Shown: positions 1 through 13,994 of the stretch, piece after piece
Layout of the letters: each line of letters starts with the position of its first letter
How positions within the stretch are numbered: position 1 is the stretch's first letter
Source of the DNA: Camelus dromedarius
Taxonomy: Eukaryota
Assembly: GCF_036321535.1 (NCBI RefSeq)
Contig: NC_087437.1
Coordinates: forward strand, 23,500,001-23,564,000
DNA: 64,000 nt
Reading direction: 5' to 3'
Program-made: the position numbers and the translations under genes
Notes under the pieces: generated by a model
Databases searched by the model: none
Told to the model about the DNA's origin: nothing
The model's input: the letters and a program-made list of their open reading frames with translations, nothing else

Positions 1-1059
1 TATTTTAAATTAAAAGTTTAATACTAGACTGGATTATCAGTAAGTCTGCAATTCTTGAAAGCATGACATGCAGAATGCTAATATCCCCTGAAAGGCACTT
101 GTTCTTAAAGTCATTCATTGTGCATTTTAGGAAATATTTCTGCTCAGTACATACAGCCAAAAGTATGAGTCATAGTTGGTATACTAGTTTCCTGATCGAC
201 AGAGCTCTGAAAATGTCACCTGTTCTTAGCTGCTCACTGAGGGATGTGGAAACCATAATTGTATTTCTGAAGGCAAAATAGTCCCTAAGGCAGAGCTTCC
301 CAAGCATGCCATATCAAGGGATACAGAGAAAAATGAGAAAATATATATGGCACTCAGGCGTAAATGGACCAGACTCTTCATGGATGGGAGTTACTGTACT
401 GGCCATTCCAGTCCCCATCTAGCTCTCTTCTTTAAGAAAGAAGGTTGTCTAATTCAGTCATTTAATAATAAGTAAAATGTTAGTAAAATATCACATTTTT
501 GTGATGGAAATACATATATTAAGCTAAAAAGATGAATCATTAATGCTATGCTGTTATGTCAAGGGAAAAAATATTAGTGAAGAAAATTTACATGATCTAT
601 TTTTGCCTCCAAAATGGCAGAGACTTGATGTATCTGATTAATATTCTAATTTTTGAACAATCAGTATCTAAAAGATTAGTAATAATCTAGAAATCGTTAG
701 AAATTGTGATACTAACATTTGTCCACATAGTATTTTACCAGCAACACCCATACTATTACCTATTTCTCTTCCTAAACTGATATCTATACTTATATTTCTA
801 TCTACCTCATAAATAAGTCACTAGCCTATAAAAACAAAATTCATTTTAATTAATAACTTGGAGAGTAGCATGATTGTGGGGATATTCTTCCCATGGTTAC
901 TTTCCTTTCCAAGCAATTTCCTCCTCCAAAATCTTCTATAGCTTCACATTTTCTAAAAAGAATCTTTTTAACCAGCTCTTGTGGCACCTTATGATCTGAA
1001 TTTCAGTTATCTTTCCAAGAATTTTTTTCACTATTTTTTTTGTACATCAACAATGCAGC

Positions 1060-1582
1060 TGTTTTCCATGGTTAGATAGGAAATCATCACAGACTTAGTA
1101 GTTCAAGACAACACCCATTTATTATCTCATGCTTCAATAGGGCAGAAGTCTTGTGGACTCTGCTGGGTTTTCTGCTCAGGTTCTCACAATCCTGAGATGT
1201 TGGCTGAGCCCACTACTTAGTGTCCTCTTCCAAGCTCACATGGTGTTTGCAGAATTCATTCTCTTATAGCTATAAATTCAGGAAGCCTGAGTCTTCCAAG
1301 TCATAAGAAAAGTGCATCTCTGACTTTGAAGCTCCCTTTGAAGAGGTCATCTCATTAAGTCAGATCCACTCAGGGCAATCTCCTTTTGATTAGAGACTTC
1401 AGTTATATCTACGAATATCCTTTTTTTTTTTTTTTTTTTTGGCCAGAGAGGGTAATATAATCATGGGAATGCTATACCCTTATATTCACAGGTTCTGCCA
1501 CACTCAAGAGGAACGTATCACACAAAGTGTGTGTATCAGGATGCAGGAAACTTGGGGGCCATCTTAGATTTCTCCTTCCACA
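1060..1582 (-). mobile_element. MaLR solo LTR, MLT1E-like, inserted into an L2 fragment
   Basis: The right end, read as reverse complement, is TGTGGAAGGAGAAATCTAAGATGGCCCCC, matching the recalled MLT1E 5' end. The internal ATCTCCTTTTGATTA motif and a T-run expansion are present. L2-like sequence lies on both sides (about 940-1050 and 1583-1760). Left boundary approximate. Confidence 0.85.
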
Positions 1583-1773
1583 CCAGCCAAACTGAACTGC
1601 TTGCTCTTACATAATCATGCCTCCCATATTTTCTCAATACTTCTTTGTGTGTGCTTCCTTCTGTCTGGAATGATTCCTTTTCCTCAGATTTACACATATG
1701 AATATTATACTGTTTTTTATTGAACATTTAGCACAGTACCCTCTCACTAAAGAAGCAGATTCCCCAAGTAGCT

Positions 1774-2047
1774 CAGTGTTTTCGAGCTGTATGTTGAGGA
1801 TTATTGTGTTGTGAAAGTAGCATAATGAGTGAACACTCATTATTAAACAAAAAAGAATAGAATAGAGTAGATTGACAATAAGATCAATATATTTACAATA
1901 ACAATAGAATAGTACATATAGGATATTGTGTAGGACAAAGATTAAATATTGTTCTGTGATGCATTTGTTTGAATGTTATATATACAACACAGTGTAACAT
2001 AAATTTATCACTGTGGGTTGAAGTAAAAAGAAGTTTGAGAAACACTG
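1774..2047. mobile_element. hAT-Charlie non-autonomous DNA transposon relic (subfamily uncertain)
   Basis: Terminal inverted repeats CAGTGTTTTCGAGCT ... AAGTTTGAGAAACACTG, an internal (AATAG)n-like stretch and CTGTGGGT near the right end. Confidence 0.7.
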
Positions 2048-2481
2048 CTGCAGCAAATCTCTAAAGCCAATTGTCATTTTCTGACTTGAATTACGGTATC
2101 TCTGTTTCATATCTGTCCTGTATTATTCATTCTTCTTTCAAGGAGGAACTTTCTCATTTATCTTTGCATCTCCCAGAATAGCTAATAATAGTGCCTTGTA
2201 GATAGTATGAATCCAATAAGAATGTGTAGAGTGAACAAAAGTAAAGTTTCTCTTTTATTTTCAATTTCGTTTTTTCCAACAAATAATCAAGTTCAATGTA
2301 AATCTTTGTTTGAGTTTTCCTGATTTTACATAACAATTCCTTGTTATTTAAACAGAAGGAATGATTTTTATCAGTAATAAATCATTGCAAATTTCAGGTG
2401 TTGGCAATATATAGACATGCGAGTGATTATGAAAATGTTTCCTCTATTTAATTATTGGATTTCTGAAAAAAACCCACACTT

Positions 2482-2716
2482 TAATTCAATAAATATTTAC
2501 TGAATGTCAATGGGTTCTGGGCACCAGAGATATAATAGAGCATAGTATGGTAAGGTCCTTGACCCTGGGGAGACTGCAGCCTACTGGGAAAAGCAGTCAG
2601 CACATAGGTGGAAGAATTACATGGAGACTACTATCATCAGAGGCAGAGTTTTGAAATAGAGCATTTCAAGGAGGACCTACCATATGGAGGCAGTCAGCAA
2701 AGTCTTCTCTGAGAAG
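2482..2716 (-). mobile_element. L2 3' end fragment
   Basis: TTCAATAAATATTTACTGA...CCTTGACCCTGGGGAGACTGCAG resembles the reverse complement of the L2 3' terminus. Confidence 0.7.
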
Positions 2717-3256
2717 ATCAAGAACTTAAGAACTTGGAAAATGTGAGATGTTTTAATTCAGAACCGGAAATACACAACATTCGCAGGTAATTTACTGATT
2801 CCTCATGTGATTATGTCTTGATAGAAAATATTAATGATTTATGAGCAGTTCTCACATTATTCAGCAGTATATAGTCATTCAATGAGCATTATACTATTAT
2901 AGGCAAATTTGTGTATTCTTACCTTTAAGAAACAAAAGTGTATTTAGTCCGTACACAAAAATTCAAAATTCTCTGTCTTTATATATGTGTCTTTCTCCAT
3001 GTTTATATATATATACATGTATATATAATTTGAACTATATTTGTTCATCTTTTAATCTTTTGCTAACATTTGAAAACATTAAATAGAATGCCTACTTAAT
3101 TTGTTTCCTGTGTATTTGATAATAGAAGCATAGTTACATTTTATTTAACTGACATCAGTTATTTGACCAAATAATTTTAATTTGAAAGACACAAACTCTG
3201 TCAGCATTCTTTTATACCTTCCTCAGTTCTTTATGTTCTAACAGAGAGTTTGTTAT

Positions 3257-3688
3257 TGTCAAAAATCTGGAAATGGAAACATTAAAACCACAAAATCAAC
3301 AAATAGTATTTAGTATGAGTTTATTGTACATATAAGAACAATGTGTGAATTGGGAGCTTTCAAATTCAAAGACTGATGTGAAACTCAGGGGCATGAAGTT
3401 ACAGGATGGCTTATAAAGTGAAAATGAGAAAGTTGTTTACCCTTTACAATGATTGGCTTTTACAGTGAGGGTTTTCAGACAGCAGGGTATTGGTTAAAAA
3501 TGATCATCCCATACCACTTTTAGGAAGAGGACTTAAGTTTTTTTCATGATTGTCAGAGGCTTCTACAGGAAATAACTTAAGTTTTGCTTATGTTTATGGA
3601 ATAAGCTAGATTTAGTTTTGCTTATATGGCCTGAATGGTTTTGTCCACTCAGAGAATTCTCATCTCCATTTTGTATTTAATTTTGACA
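3257..3688 (-). mobile_element. ERV1-class solo LTR (family unassigned)
   Basis: Bounded by the 8-bp inverted repeat TGTCAAAA...TTTTGACA. On the minus strand it has AAAATGGAG near the 5' end, a TATA-like TTTATAAG (about 3410) and AATAAA (about 3320-3325) about 65 bp from the 3' end. No clear TSD. Confidence 0.75.
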
Positions 3689-4209
3689 CTTTCATTGGGG
3701 GGGCAGAGTTAATAAAATAATTCTTCAAAACCTGGATTTTCAAAAATGGTGACTTTGATATTAGTGGATATGTTTCATTGGTCATATCTTTTGCCATAGA
3801 ATATTCAATAATTTAAAGATTACATTTCCAATTACTTTCCTTATTTTTTTTTTCTGAAATAAAAAAGCTATTCTCCCTGAAGTTATCTCAAATTCAGAAA
3901 TTGCAAATATTCAGAAACCTAAACGAACACTGTCATGTACTTAAAAAACATACCCTTCCTCCCCTTAGCTAAAATATTGAGGTAAATGCATTAAAGTATG
4001 TTTCTAATAAAAATAATTTTAAACACTACATTTGTGGCACAAACATTAATATGCTACTTTTATACTTCTCTGGTTGTATCATTATTTTCAATTTAAGACT
4101 GGAGGAGCATGAGTGTGGCAGGAAAATTAGTTGTTAGTTTCTCCTGTCTTTTAGTTTGGAGTATGCTAGTTCCATATTTAAAGACTTTTAATGCCTAGGA
4201 AATTGAATG

Positions 4210-4670
4210 CAAACAACTCAGCATGTGATCTCAGATCTTCCGGACAGGACTCTCACATCCTGTTTCAGCCTACTTGCCAACCACCCCCTGCCTAATAGAG
4301 CCTACATTTTATCCAAACAGAAATTCTTGCTCTTTTCTAAGCGTGATCCCTCAACTCCAGTGTCTGTGACTGTTGCTCTTATTATTCCTTTGCTCATAAA
4401 ATTTCCTACTTTTCTAAATGTTTTAATTTAACTTACTCTTCAGATACAGCACAAGCACAGTCATTTCTGGGAAGACTCTGGATTCTTTAGAGAGGGTATA
4501 ATCGCTTCCTTCTCCACATTCCATTAGAAATCTGTTCTGGACTCTGTTATAGTAACTGTCGTTCTCTGACTTGTGTTACTGTTTTTGTATATTTATCATT
4601 ACTCTACTACTAGATGCTAAGTTCACTGTTTCTTCATCTTTACAGCCCAAATATGCTCAATGAATATTCT
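4210..4670 (+). mobile_element. L2 3' region fragment
   Basis: Pyrimidine-rich, degenerate L2 3' sequence ending CTAGATGCTAAGTTC...TGCTCAATGAATATT. Confidence 0.65.
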
Positions 4671-7600
4671 CTAAAAATTGTTCTTCAACAACAGCTCTGG
4701 AAAACTTCATGATTTATGCTTTGATTTGTAAGCTTTAAAACATATTTTAAGCTCCATTTTTCCCATGGATTATTTAAACTCATACTTGGGCTTTATTGTC
4801 ATCGCTTTTCTTTAGACAAATTTGCAGAGCCACAATGTTACATGAAGGGATAATTCTGTCTGTGTTATTCTTAATCATTTTTTCCACCAACAAAAAAGGT
4901 TTGGTTTTTTTTTAATCTTTGTATAGAAAACATTTGGTGTGAATAAATAGTTATAAGTTAGTGAGTTGTTATAGTTCTAAGTATGTGTGAATTTGGATGA
5001 TGCCTTTGAATGTTTATAATTTTGTGTTTTTTTAAATACAAAGAATAACTAAAGCTAGAGTGAATTAGTGTAAACTGGTTTTAAAGTAGCTGCCACAAGG
5101 AAGTTATATTTCTGTCTTTATATATCAAACAAATATACCTCTGTATTACACTTTTATAAGATTAGGAGCATACTAGAAGATATGCACAAAACATTCTTTT
5201 GTATGTGTGTGAGGACTACACTAAGAGCATCTTCCTCTAGGAAATTAAAGTAGGTTGAACTATGCAGGCTGAAAGAGAAATGATAAAATGTATTTTCATT
5301 ATTAAACTCGTCAGGGTTTGGGGCCTTTATTTGGGTCCATGTCTCTGTTTCCATCATACCTTTTTACTACTTTCTTCTGCGTATGACTTTTGAGATTGTG
5401 TATTTAATTAAAGAGTATATGACAGCAGCCTAAATAATGTAGGTAATAACTACAAAAAAGTAACCAAAATGTCACCTCCAGAGAATGTAAAAAAGTCTCT
5501 CCCCTATGCCTGGATGTTAAAAGAGCCTGGTATTTTTCTGGATGGAACATAAAACAAAAATCCCCTCACCTGGAGTTCTAGCTGTAGACATTAGGATAGC
5601 TGCATGGAGGAACGTAATTTATTGTTCTAGTAAGGATATAATATTTTACATACAGGCTTTGGGTACCACAGTGTTTCAATTTCTCAGCAATATAGGTTTG
5701 CTTATTAACAATAATGAGTACTTACTGACACATTAATAGCAGCCCTAAAACTTTATGGTTTTTCTACAGAAAGAATTTGATAAATCTTTCTGACAACGAG
5801 CTGGTGTTCGAACACTTGAACCTGAATAAAAGGCTCTTAATAAATGACTAGACACGTTTGTAACTTGTAATTCCAGTGGCATGGAAAACACATTTGCTTG
5901 AATGAAAGTTTTTCTCAGCAGAAAATCTGCATTTGAAATTAATTATCATAATTCATTATAATTCGCATAACATTTGATGGGAAAACACTGTCTTGGAAAT
6001 TCTTAGGATTATAGTCTGCAGAATGCTATCTAACAATCATGTAAACATCCATTAATTTTGCCAAATGTGAGATATGCAGAATTTTTTTTCTTTGCAGGGG
6101 AGACGAGATTATACACAGACATTGTTTCTTTTTCATGGTGACTCATTGATTCAGAAGGGTGGCTTCTACATGGAATGTAACATCTAGTACAGGGAAATTT
6201 ATCATGGAAACTATGAGATTTTGAGAAAATATTTCTTTCTGAAATGGCTTTAAGTTATTCTGAGTATGACCAATGTGTCCAATTGACGCTTGGAGAATTT
6301 TGACTTGAGTACAAATTTCTGATAGTGCTTCCACTAAAAACATCCACTGTGTTCTCCACTCCAGCTTCTGTTTTCTTCTTCACTCCTCTAGCATCTTGCA
6401 CTCCTTTACTAACCCTATCATCCCTACAAGGATAAGATATTTTCCCCTTGGCAGAAGATACAAGACTTCATGAAGGAGGTCAACCTCTGAACAGAATCTT
6501 GAATAACTAAGAGATTGGACCTCATAACATAAAAATCTTATATATAAACACTTGCTTATATCTCTCCACATGATAAATTACTGGCACAATTATGATAGTT
6601 TGCAAATATGCTTTTTCTACTAAATACTCCCTCTGCATTCATTTATTTATACATTTCATAGTAACTACATATTTTGAGCAAAGAGCATGGGAAGATAGTG
6701 TATAAAGAACAAATTATAACAAAAGAATAAAATAATGTGTTTTTTTAAAAAATCAAAGGTACATTAAAGGCTATGAGAGTATAAAAGGAGAACTGACCTG
6801 TCTTCACAGTGGAGATGACATTTCAACAATTGTAATTAGAAAGTGGGTAAGAGGGAAGAAGACATAGGGAACTGCCTAAGCACAGCTGAAGAAAAATAAG
6901 ACATGTTTGGGAAAATGTAAGAAGAATAAAAAATAAAAGCTTTTGAGAAAACAGGAGGAACTCAGACTGCAGCTGACTTTGGCTGTCACCCTAAAGTAGA
7001 CTCTCCAAAGACCCAGCCAGGAGCTGCCTGTGACCATCCCTGGTGCATAATTCATTGAAGAAAGTCCTCTAGGAATACTTATGTTTGCTGTCAATGACAC
7101 TGATACTGACTGTGTTCCATGGTAGGCCCACGGGCTACAACACAAGAGTCCTGGGAAAGAACCTGTGTGTGTTTTGTTTGGTTTTATTTGTTCAGTTTTT
7201 ATTTTGAGTTAGTAATTTCTTTTTATGTAAGTAACAGACTGGAATAATTTGTAATCCAATCAAAGTGACCAAGTCAGGTAATCTGGGGAAAAATGTAAAA
7301 GAAAGCCAATAAGTCACATCATATCATAACTGAAACAATGGTGTGATGGTGTGATTAAAAAAGTGAATTGCCAAAGATGAATAATTTTCTGCATATCTCC
7401 AGTACTGAACAGGTGGCAGAGACAGCTTTGAGTGGCCAAGAAAAAATTTGGTCCTAATTAGCAAGTAGCAAGTGTTTACATATATCTGTCAGAATATTTA
7501 TTTGAAATTTGGAAACAGGCAAAAGGGATTACTGGGTCCTCTTTTCCTGAAACTTGACTTTTTTATTGACCAGACAATTTTCACATCCGTAAGGGTAGGG

Positions 7601-9219
7601 AAGAAGTCAAACTGTAGATTTTTGTCCAGTAAAGATACAGATAATAATTTCTATGTAGTGCAAAAGTAAAACACCAAAGATTATGATTTATGGCTCCATT
7701 AGATATTTACCACTTTAAAAATAGTCAAATCTAGCAATTTTATCTGATTGTCTTTTTTTTTTTTTAGATAATTTGCCTGTATACACCTAGTTTCTCAAAT
7801 GATTTCGGAACCATTTAAAATATCTTACTGATGATTTTAATAAATAAGCAGAATGAAATCTTTGACATGGCTTCATTTTACGTTTGCATGAAAGTCATGA
7901 TTTTCTTTAAAATTATACTTTAATATATTCTTATAATGGAGAGGACATTAAGCTTTCATTATTTCCCATTAGGGTTATCGGATGCTCTTTAGTTTTATTT
8001 TCTGCTTTACAAGCAAATTTTGACAATTCTTTAATACCTACATTAATGTGAGAATTGTGTCCTGCTGCTAAGTGTGTTATTTTCTCCTGGGAAACTGGAA
8101 TCACACTGATTGGGTTCCCATTCCTAATTCTTCCATGTATTATTAGTTTCATGACATAGACAACAGCAAAATTTCTCTGATTTTCCCATCTCACTGATAA
8201 AATAAGGGAAGACCTGTTGCATCATGCTATGATGAGAATTTAAAAGGAATATTTCATTTTGAGTGCCTAACGTATAAAACATAGGAGGAACATAAGCTTT
8301 CTAATGATCCTATTTGTGTTAAAATTAATGCATGCCTTTGCCTTTTTCATGTAAGAATTTATGATTAATTTTCTCCATCATATTTACTTTACACATCTAT
8401 ACCTCAAACATTGTGTTTTTGTTGTTGGAAAGTTTTCATTTTTTCTATTTTTATTGGGAAATCCTTTTTCCTCATCCCAGATGGTTCTTTTGTTTATTGC
8501 CTGCTTCTCCATTCTAGGGTTTATGGAGTGATTCTTTTCTCATCAGTATGTTTAGGAAGAGAAAACTGGCATGCCTGGCTCAGTGCTAACCTCTCTCCCT
8601 CCCAGGAGCCAACAAAGTGAAGGAAGCAAACCTTCCCTTGATGCTTCTTCAAAGACAGACATTGAGTACCCTCTCCTAATTACAGGATGTAGAGGCGGGT
8701 GCATATCTGTGTCTGGATTTGTAAATCAGCCTAATTCTGGATTTAGTTAACCAATTTATTTTGCTTTACACTCAGCTATGACTCCATGTTGTTTGTTGGT
8801 TTCATTATCATTCATAAAGGTAATCTTTTGGTCTCCACTGCCACTCCCTTGTCTTATTTCTTAATTTGTTCATGAGATGATTTGGGAATTGAGGTGCTTT
8901 TGTGGGAGTATCTAAGAGACCCAATACTCTCTCGATTTCTTCCTTTTTAAGACATTTTCTTTGATTTTCCCTCATCTCTTGACACTTTCTCTCCCATGTA
9001 TGACCATAAATAGTCCATAAATTGTCTAAGGCATTCATCTTTTCTTGGACATTACCAGCACTAAAGAAACTTAGCTATTCCTTTACTGTTGATGTTACAC
9101 AATTTAATCTAGAAAAGCAACACCCTAAAACAAGTGGGAAGAGGTTTATTATTGCTAATTTACATATATACTTAAAAATGGCCAAGTGTTGTCACATAAA
9201 ACTTACAATAAAATTATTT

Positions 9220-9570
9220 CCATTTTAGAGAGGAGAAAAAATTGAGTCACAGAGTAGTGAAGTGATTAGCCCAAATTAACGCAGCCAGAGAAGGCCAGCA
9301 GTTTCCAAGCATTGATTCAAACAGTTTGACTCCAAGAACTTTAAATTCTTCACAAGTATCTTTCTGTGTATGAGAAAACAGAAGCAAAGAGAGTCTAAGG
9401 GCTTGTCTGTGGTTCAAAATAATTTTCTTATCCGAGCCCCAATGTTTACTAACTATATAACCTTGAGAAAATGTATGTAACATCTTGGAGCCTCAAGTTT
9501 CCCATGTGTTTAATGGAAATATTAATATATGCCCTGCATTCTTGCCAGACTTATGGAGAAAGTAAAATTT
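9220..9570. mobile_element. Two adjacent MIR fragments in opposite orientations
   Basis: CATTTTAGAGAGGAGAAAAAATTGAGTCACAGAG (minus-strand MIR core) is followed by GAGCCTCAAGTTTCCCATGTGTTTAATGG (plus-strand MIR core). Confidence 0.7.
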
Positions 9571-10000
9571 TTAAGAATCTTATTTATTTCATATGTTGTA
9601 TCATGCTTTGTTCTAAAAAAGATTTAAGACAGTGTGAACATGCATGTGAAAAGAGCAATTAAATGTTAAGCAACTGAATGTAATTATTGTTTATAAAGGT
9701 AAAGCCTAGCAGAGGGGAGTGTATATCTGCTCTAAGAAGAGAAATCTTGCTCTGTTTTGGCAAGTTTTTCACTTGCTGGATGAGAGATGTTTTATGGAAA
9801 CACCTATCATAGTTGTGTGAGGGAGTGGAGATTTCTTAATGCACTGACTGTCACCAGGCCTTTTGTGATCATCATGAACCAGGATGATATGGCTGAATGA
9901 AAGTTAATCACATGATTTCAGAATTTTGAAAAACAGAAGCTGAAAGGTGTGCATCATAGAAGATGGAAAGGGGTAGCAACAACCACATAATTTGTGAAGG

Positions 10001-10604
10001 TGTTAGAGCAGGTAGATAGCTAGATATAAGCAAAGAAAGAGGGGCATGGGCCAGATGGCAGGGAACCATACATTCTGTGAACAAAGAGGGCTCTTGGGCA
10101 GACAAAGAAAAGCAGGAACCTCCAGACTGATAAGAAACCACACATTTTGGGGTGACAAGTGTCCTGGAGGCCAAGAAAGAAAGGTGGGATAAAGCAGGAA
10201 TCTCCAGTGTCTGAATGCAACATTTTTGCTCATTATGCCCTCATTGCAATAAAATTAGCCTTGCAGATTAGAAGTACCCATCATGCACCAATGCCATGAC
10301 ACTTCGGATCAAGACTAAATGAGGACAAAAATCCCTCCTCCCCTCGGGAAGGTGAGGTTGGGATGAAAATCAGGGAATATGACTCCAAACCCCTCACTCC
10401 CCAATGAATATTTCACCCATTCATTTTTACACCACATATAACCAGCTTGCCAAAGGAACTCAGCGCAACTACTCACCTGAATCTGCCGGCTCTCCCCTTG
10501 AGAGGATGTTATCATTTAACAAATCCTCACTTTGCTTTCTTGACCTCTGCACCTCATCTCTGAATTATTTCTGCAGTGAGCTAAGAACATACTTTCTGGT
10601 AACA
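10001..10604 (+). mobile_element. ERV1-class solo LTR with a MER50-like 5' end
   Basis: TGTTA...TAACA termini. The start TGTTAGAGCAGGTAGATAGCTAGATATAAGCA resembles the recalled MER50 start. The 4-bp flanks AAGG/GAGG form a TSD with 1 mismatch. Confidence 0.85.
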
Positions 10605-11249
10605 GAGGAATGTGGAAGAGCCTTGTTTTAAGGACAGAAAAATACAATTTGTGTAATAGATACGAGGTAGATAGTGCTGAGAGTGTCTAGGTAAAAAAAA
10701 AAAAAACATAATGATTTAAAACTGCTGTGTTTAAAAGCTGCATAGCTTTCTGGACATTTCTCCAAAACTGCTGTATTTTCTTCTACAGTTAATTTTCAGA
10801 AATGCTTTGAGTTCAACAACACGTGTAAAAAATTATTCTCAGGGAATAAATGACCCATTTGTATTCAAACCACTGGTGTTAGTAATGTGCAAAGTAAGTG
10901 AATCATACCAGCAAGTGGGTACTTGGAAACCAATTTAGCCACAAGTAAATTACAATATAGGGAATAGATGCTAGTTTTAAAAGCACACGGAAGGGTATGA
11001 TTCTGGCAATTAATATTCCATTGTTTTATACTGGAATACTTTATCAGAATACAAAATAGAATGAAATCAGGAGACATTGCCTTGTATTTTTAGAATGTAT
11101 GTCAAAATGCAATTATATGTATGATTGTGTATTTTCAGATGAAATGCATTCCAAACTAATTTCCAATTTCTATATTGAGGTAACATTAAAATAGAGAGAT
11201 AAAAACATAAAGGTAGTGGAAATGAAATTTTTACATTTTGCTATTAGAA

Positions 11250-11480
11250 AGTAAGAAAACTTTGAGTTTCTGAGTCATCAGACTTGGGTTTAAATCCTTG
11301 ATCTGCCTCTGCTTCCTAGCAATGAGCCCTTGTGTAAATTACTGAAATCACCCATACCTCAGTTTTCCTATCTATAATATTAATAATCAATTAATAAGTA
11401 TCATAGTTCTGTAAGACTAAACAAGATAATGTATAGGGACAGGTTGCATGGTGTCTAGCTCATAAAACTCAATAGATGAT
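11250..11480 (+). mobile_element. MIR SINE, near full length
   Basis: CAGACTTGGGTTTAAATCC...CCTCAGTTTTCCTATCTATAA core followed by a MIR-like 3' tail. Confidence 0.8.
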
Positions 11481-13231
11481 ATGTATTCTTCTAATACAAA
11501 TTTTATTTTGTTATTTTGAATGTTTTGGTATAATTCTGGTATTTCTCTTTTTGGGTATTAGATTGTAACAGTGAAGACCTGGCACCTTTTTATAAAGAGA
11601 AAGCAAAATAAAAACCAGATGGTAATAAATCTGTTAAAGACACAGAATATTAATAGGTTTACCTATTTATTATGCATAGAAGATGGCTCATATATGTTTT
11701 CATGAGATATATTTATTTTATGAGGATGAAAGGAAACTGCATTTTTATATCATTTACTATACGTGTGGGATCCTATTTGGTGCTTTGTTTCCGGTAATAC
11801 TATGAGATTGATATTATTCACATTTTATAGAAAGAGATCATGGATAGTGTGTTTAATGAAGTTGGTCTCCCAGTCTGTGTAGAGGCAAGATAACTGGTAG
11901 TGGTTAAGAATACGAGAGAGTCATACCACTTAGACCCAAATCAGGTACAATATCAGTAAACGTAATAATTATTTAAAGTGTCTTGACATAGCAAATACTC
12001 AATGAATAATAGCTATCATTTTCACTATACTATACTAGTATACTTACAAATGTTATTGTTGGAAGAAGTCAATTTAGAACCTTCACCTGAAGCAACATTC
12101 AGATAGCCACCTCTTCAATGCTGTTTGGTGTTCAAAGTGAATCTTCCATCTATGGGTGATGTTTAGCAGGTACTGATCAGTGTCCTGCCTTGTTATGACA
12201 AGACTGGCTGTGAAAGACGTTGAATATCACCTTTATTTCTAACTATTTGACATCTAGCAGTGTAATCAATACTGCCATGTGCCCTGGATGCTACATGAGG
12301 GAGACTGAGTTGGTGGATATTTCTCTTCTGCTTTTCTCATATGCAACCGTATAGGCTCTAGTAATAAAGAAAGTATGATATGTCAACTGTATGAGCACAC
12401 ATGAGATCACACATGGAAAAATCGACAATTTATTATAAAAACTGTTCAAGAAGTTTTAAAAATTCTTGCTATGGAATTATATTAAAAGATTACACAAAGA
12501 TATAGGTGGGTAATTTTCTCCTTTTTCTCTGACTAAATTAGGTATTTCCAAGGGCCATCAAGATTATAGCAGTGATCATCATCCGTCTGACAGTCAGAGA
12601 AAATCTATTCAGTCTCATATAAAGCCTTAGCTGAGAAAGTCATTTTAAACAAATATGTGTGACAAATATTTGAAAGATATTTGTGAATATTTGATATATT
12701 TTCCCCTAATTCTCTCCTAAATGAAGTGTTAATACCATAAAGAAGCCTGCCTTCATTAATGTGATTTGAATTTTTGACTTGGGTTGAAGTATAATCATGG
12801 AACTACAGAAGAATCCTCACTTAACTGAGTAAAGACTTTTGGTAGAAGTCTAACGTGAAGGGAGGAGAATTCATCCAAATGAAGTTAATATGTATGATTT
12901 AATTTTACAACCATCTTTAATTTGAAAATCCTCAAATGCTTGCTAAGCAAGTGAATATCTTTCCATACGTTTAATAGGCCGTGGTTCTATAACAATTTCA
13001 TATTAATTGACCCATTTGGTCAGGAGGAGAATTGTTACAGGAACACAGGGATATAGAAATGTTTTCATTTTATGGTATTTTAAACATTATTTCTTAGTAA
13101 TATTAGAATATTTTAGTTCAACCTTTTTAACTTAAGAGATAAGAAAAAATTTAAGACAATTCTACTATCATACTCTTTAAAAATTGGAGTAATGAACAGA
13201 AGAAATCCAATATTTCCCAATAGTTTATATA

Positions 13232-13268
13232 TCTACATAAATATATATGTATATATATATATATATAT
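13232..13268. repeat. (TA)n-rich microsatellite
   Basis: Interrupted TA run seen directly in the sequence. Confidence 0.85.
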
Positions 13269-13994
13269 AAATTTGCAGACACATACATACAGAATAAATT
13301 TTGTGTCTCACTGAAATTTATACGTAGGTGAATTGCATTAGCTTGACATTCATTTCCTCTGTTGATACAGCATAGGAATTGAATGTCTCATTTTTATAAA
13401 ATTTTTTAAAATTTAGGAAATGCTACACATCTATACAAGATAAAGTTATGAAGTATTTGTTACTCTGAAAAGTTCTATGATTTTGCAAATCAAGCTTAGA
13501 ATTGCTGATTGAGTCTCTTTGGTAGTCAAATAATTTGTCAGTAAATAACATTCATAAAAGAATATTCATGAGATCAAAGTACCAATTTAAACTCCAGAGG
13601 AATGTTTTAATCAAGCTGTATTTTCATCATAAAAAGGTTATAGGCTCTTCTTAATGTCATATATCATTATCACCACCATATTAATTTGGAATTCTACCCT
13701 GAGTCATCTATTTAAAATAAAGATAGTAACATGTTTCAACATGAGACATTTTGCTTATGACAATTTTTGAATGCTTTTAAATACACCATCCTCTTGTTCA
13801 GTATCACTGAAGAATGTCTGACTTAAATGTTTGTCTTCATATTTTGTTAAAGCATCAGAGTGTCTGTATTAGTCTGTTTAGGTAGTTTGGGGAGTGCTCA
13901 CAGATCTGAACACTGGTTACCAGAACTTTGATTAGAAATGTTTATTTTCTTTTCTCTTCCCTTCCTTGTTTTTCTTCTTTCCTTTTTCAAAACA

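Noticed and set aside
2762..2792. 25-nt micro-exon-like segment (CAG…CAG|GTAATT)
   Set aside because: It has a weak pyrimidine tract, lies next to an L2 relic, would shift frame, and has no other support.
6081..6190. Strong + strand acceptor TTTTTTTTCTTTGCAG and an AP-1 site TGACTCA
   Set aside because: There is no convincing donor, all frames stop quickly, and these are isolated motifs.
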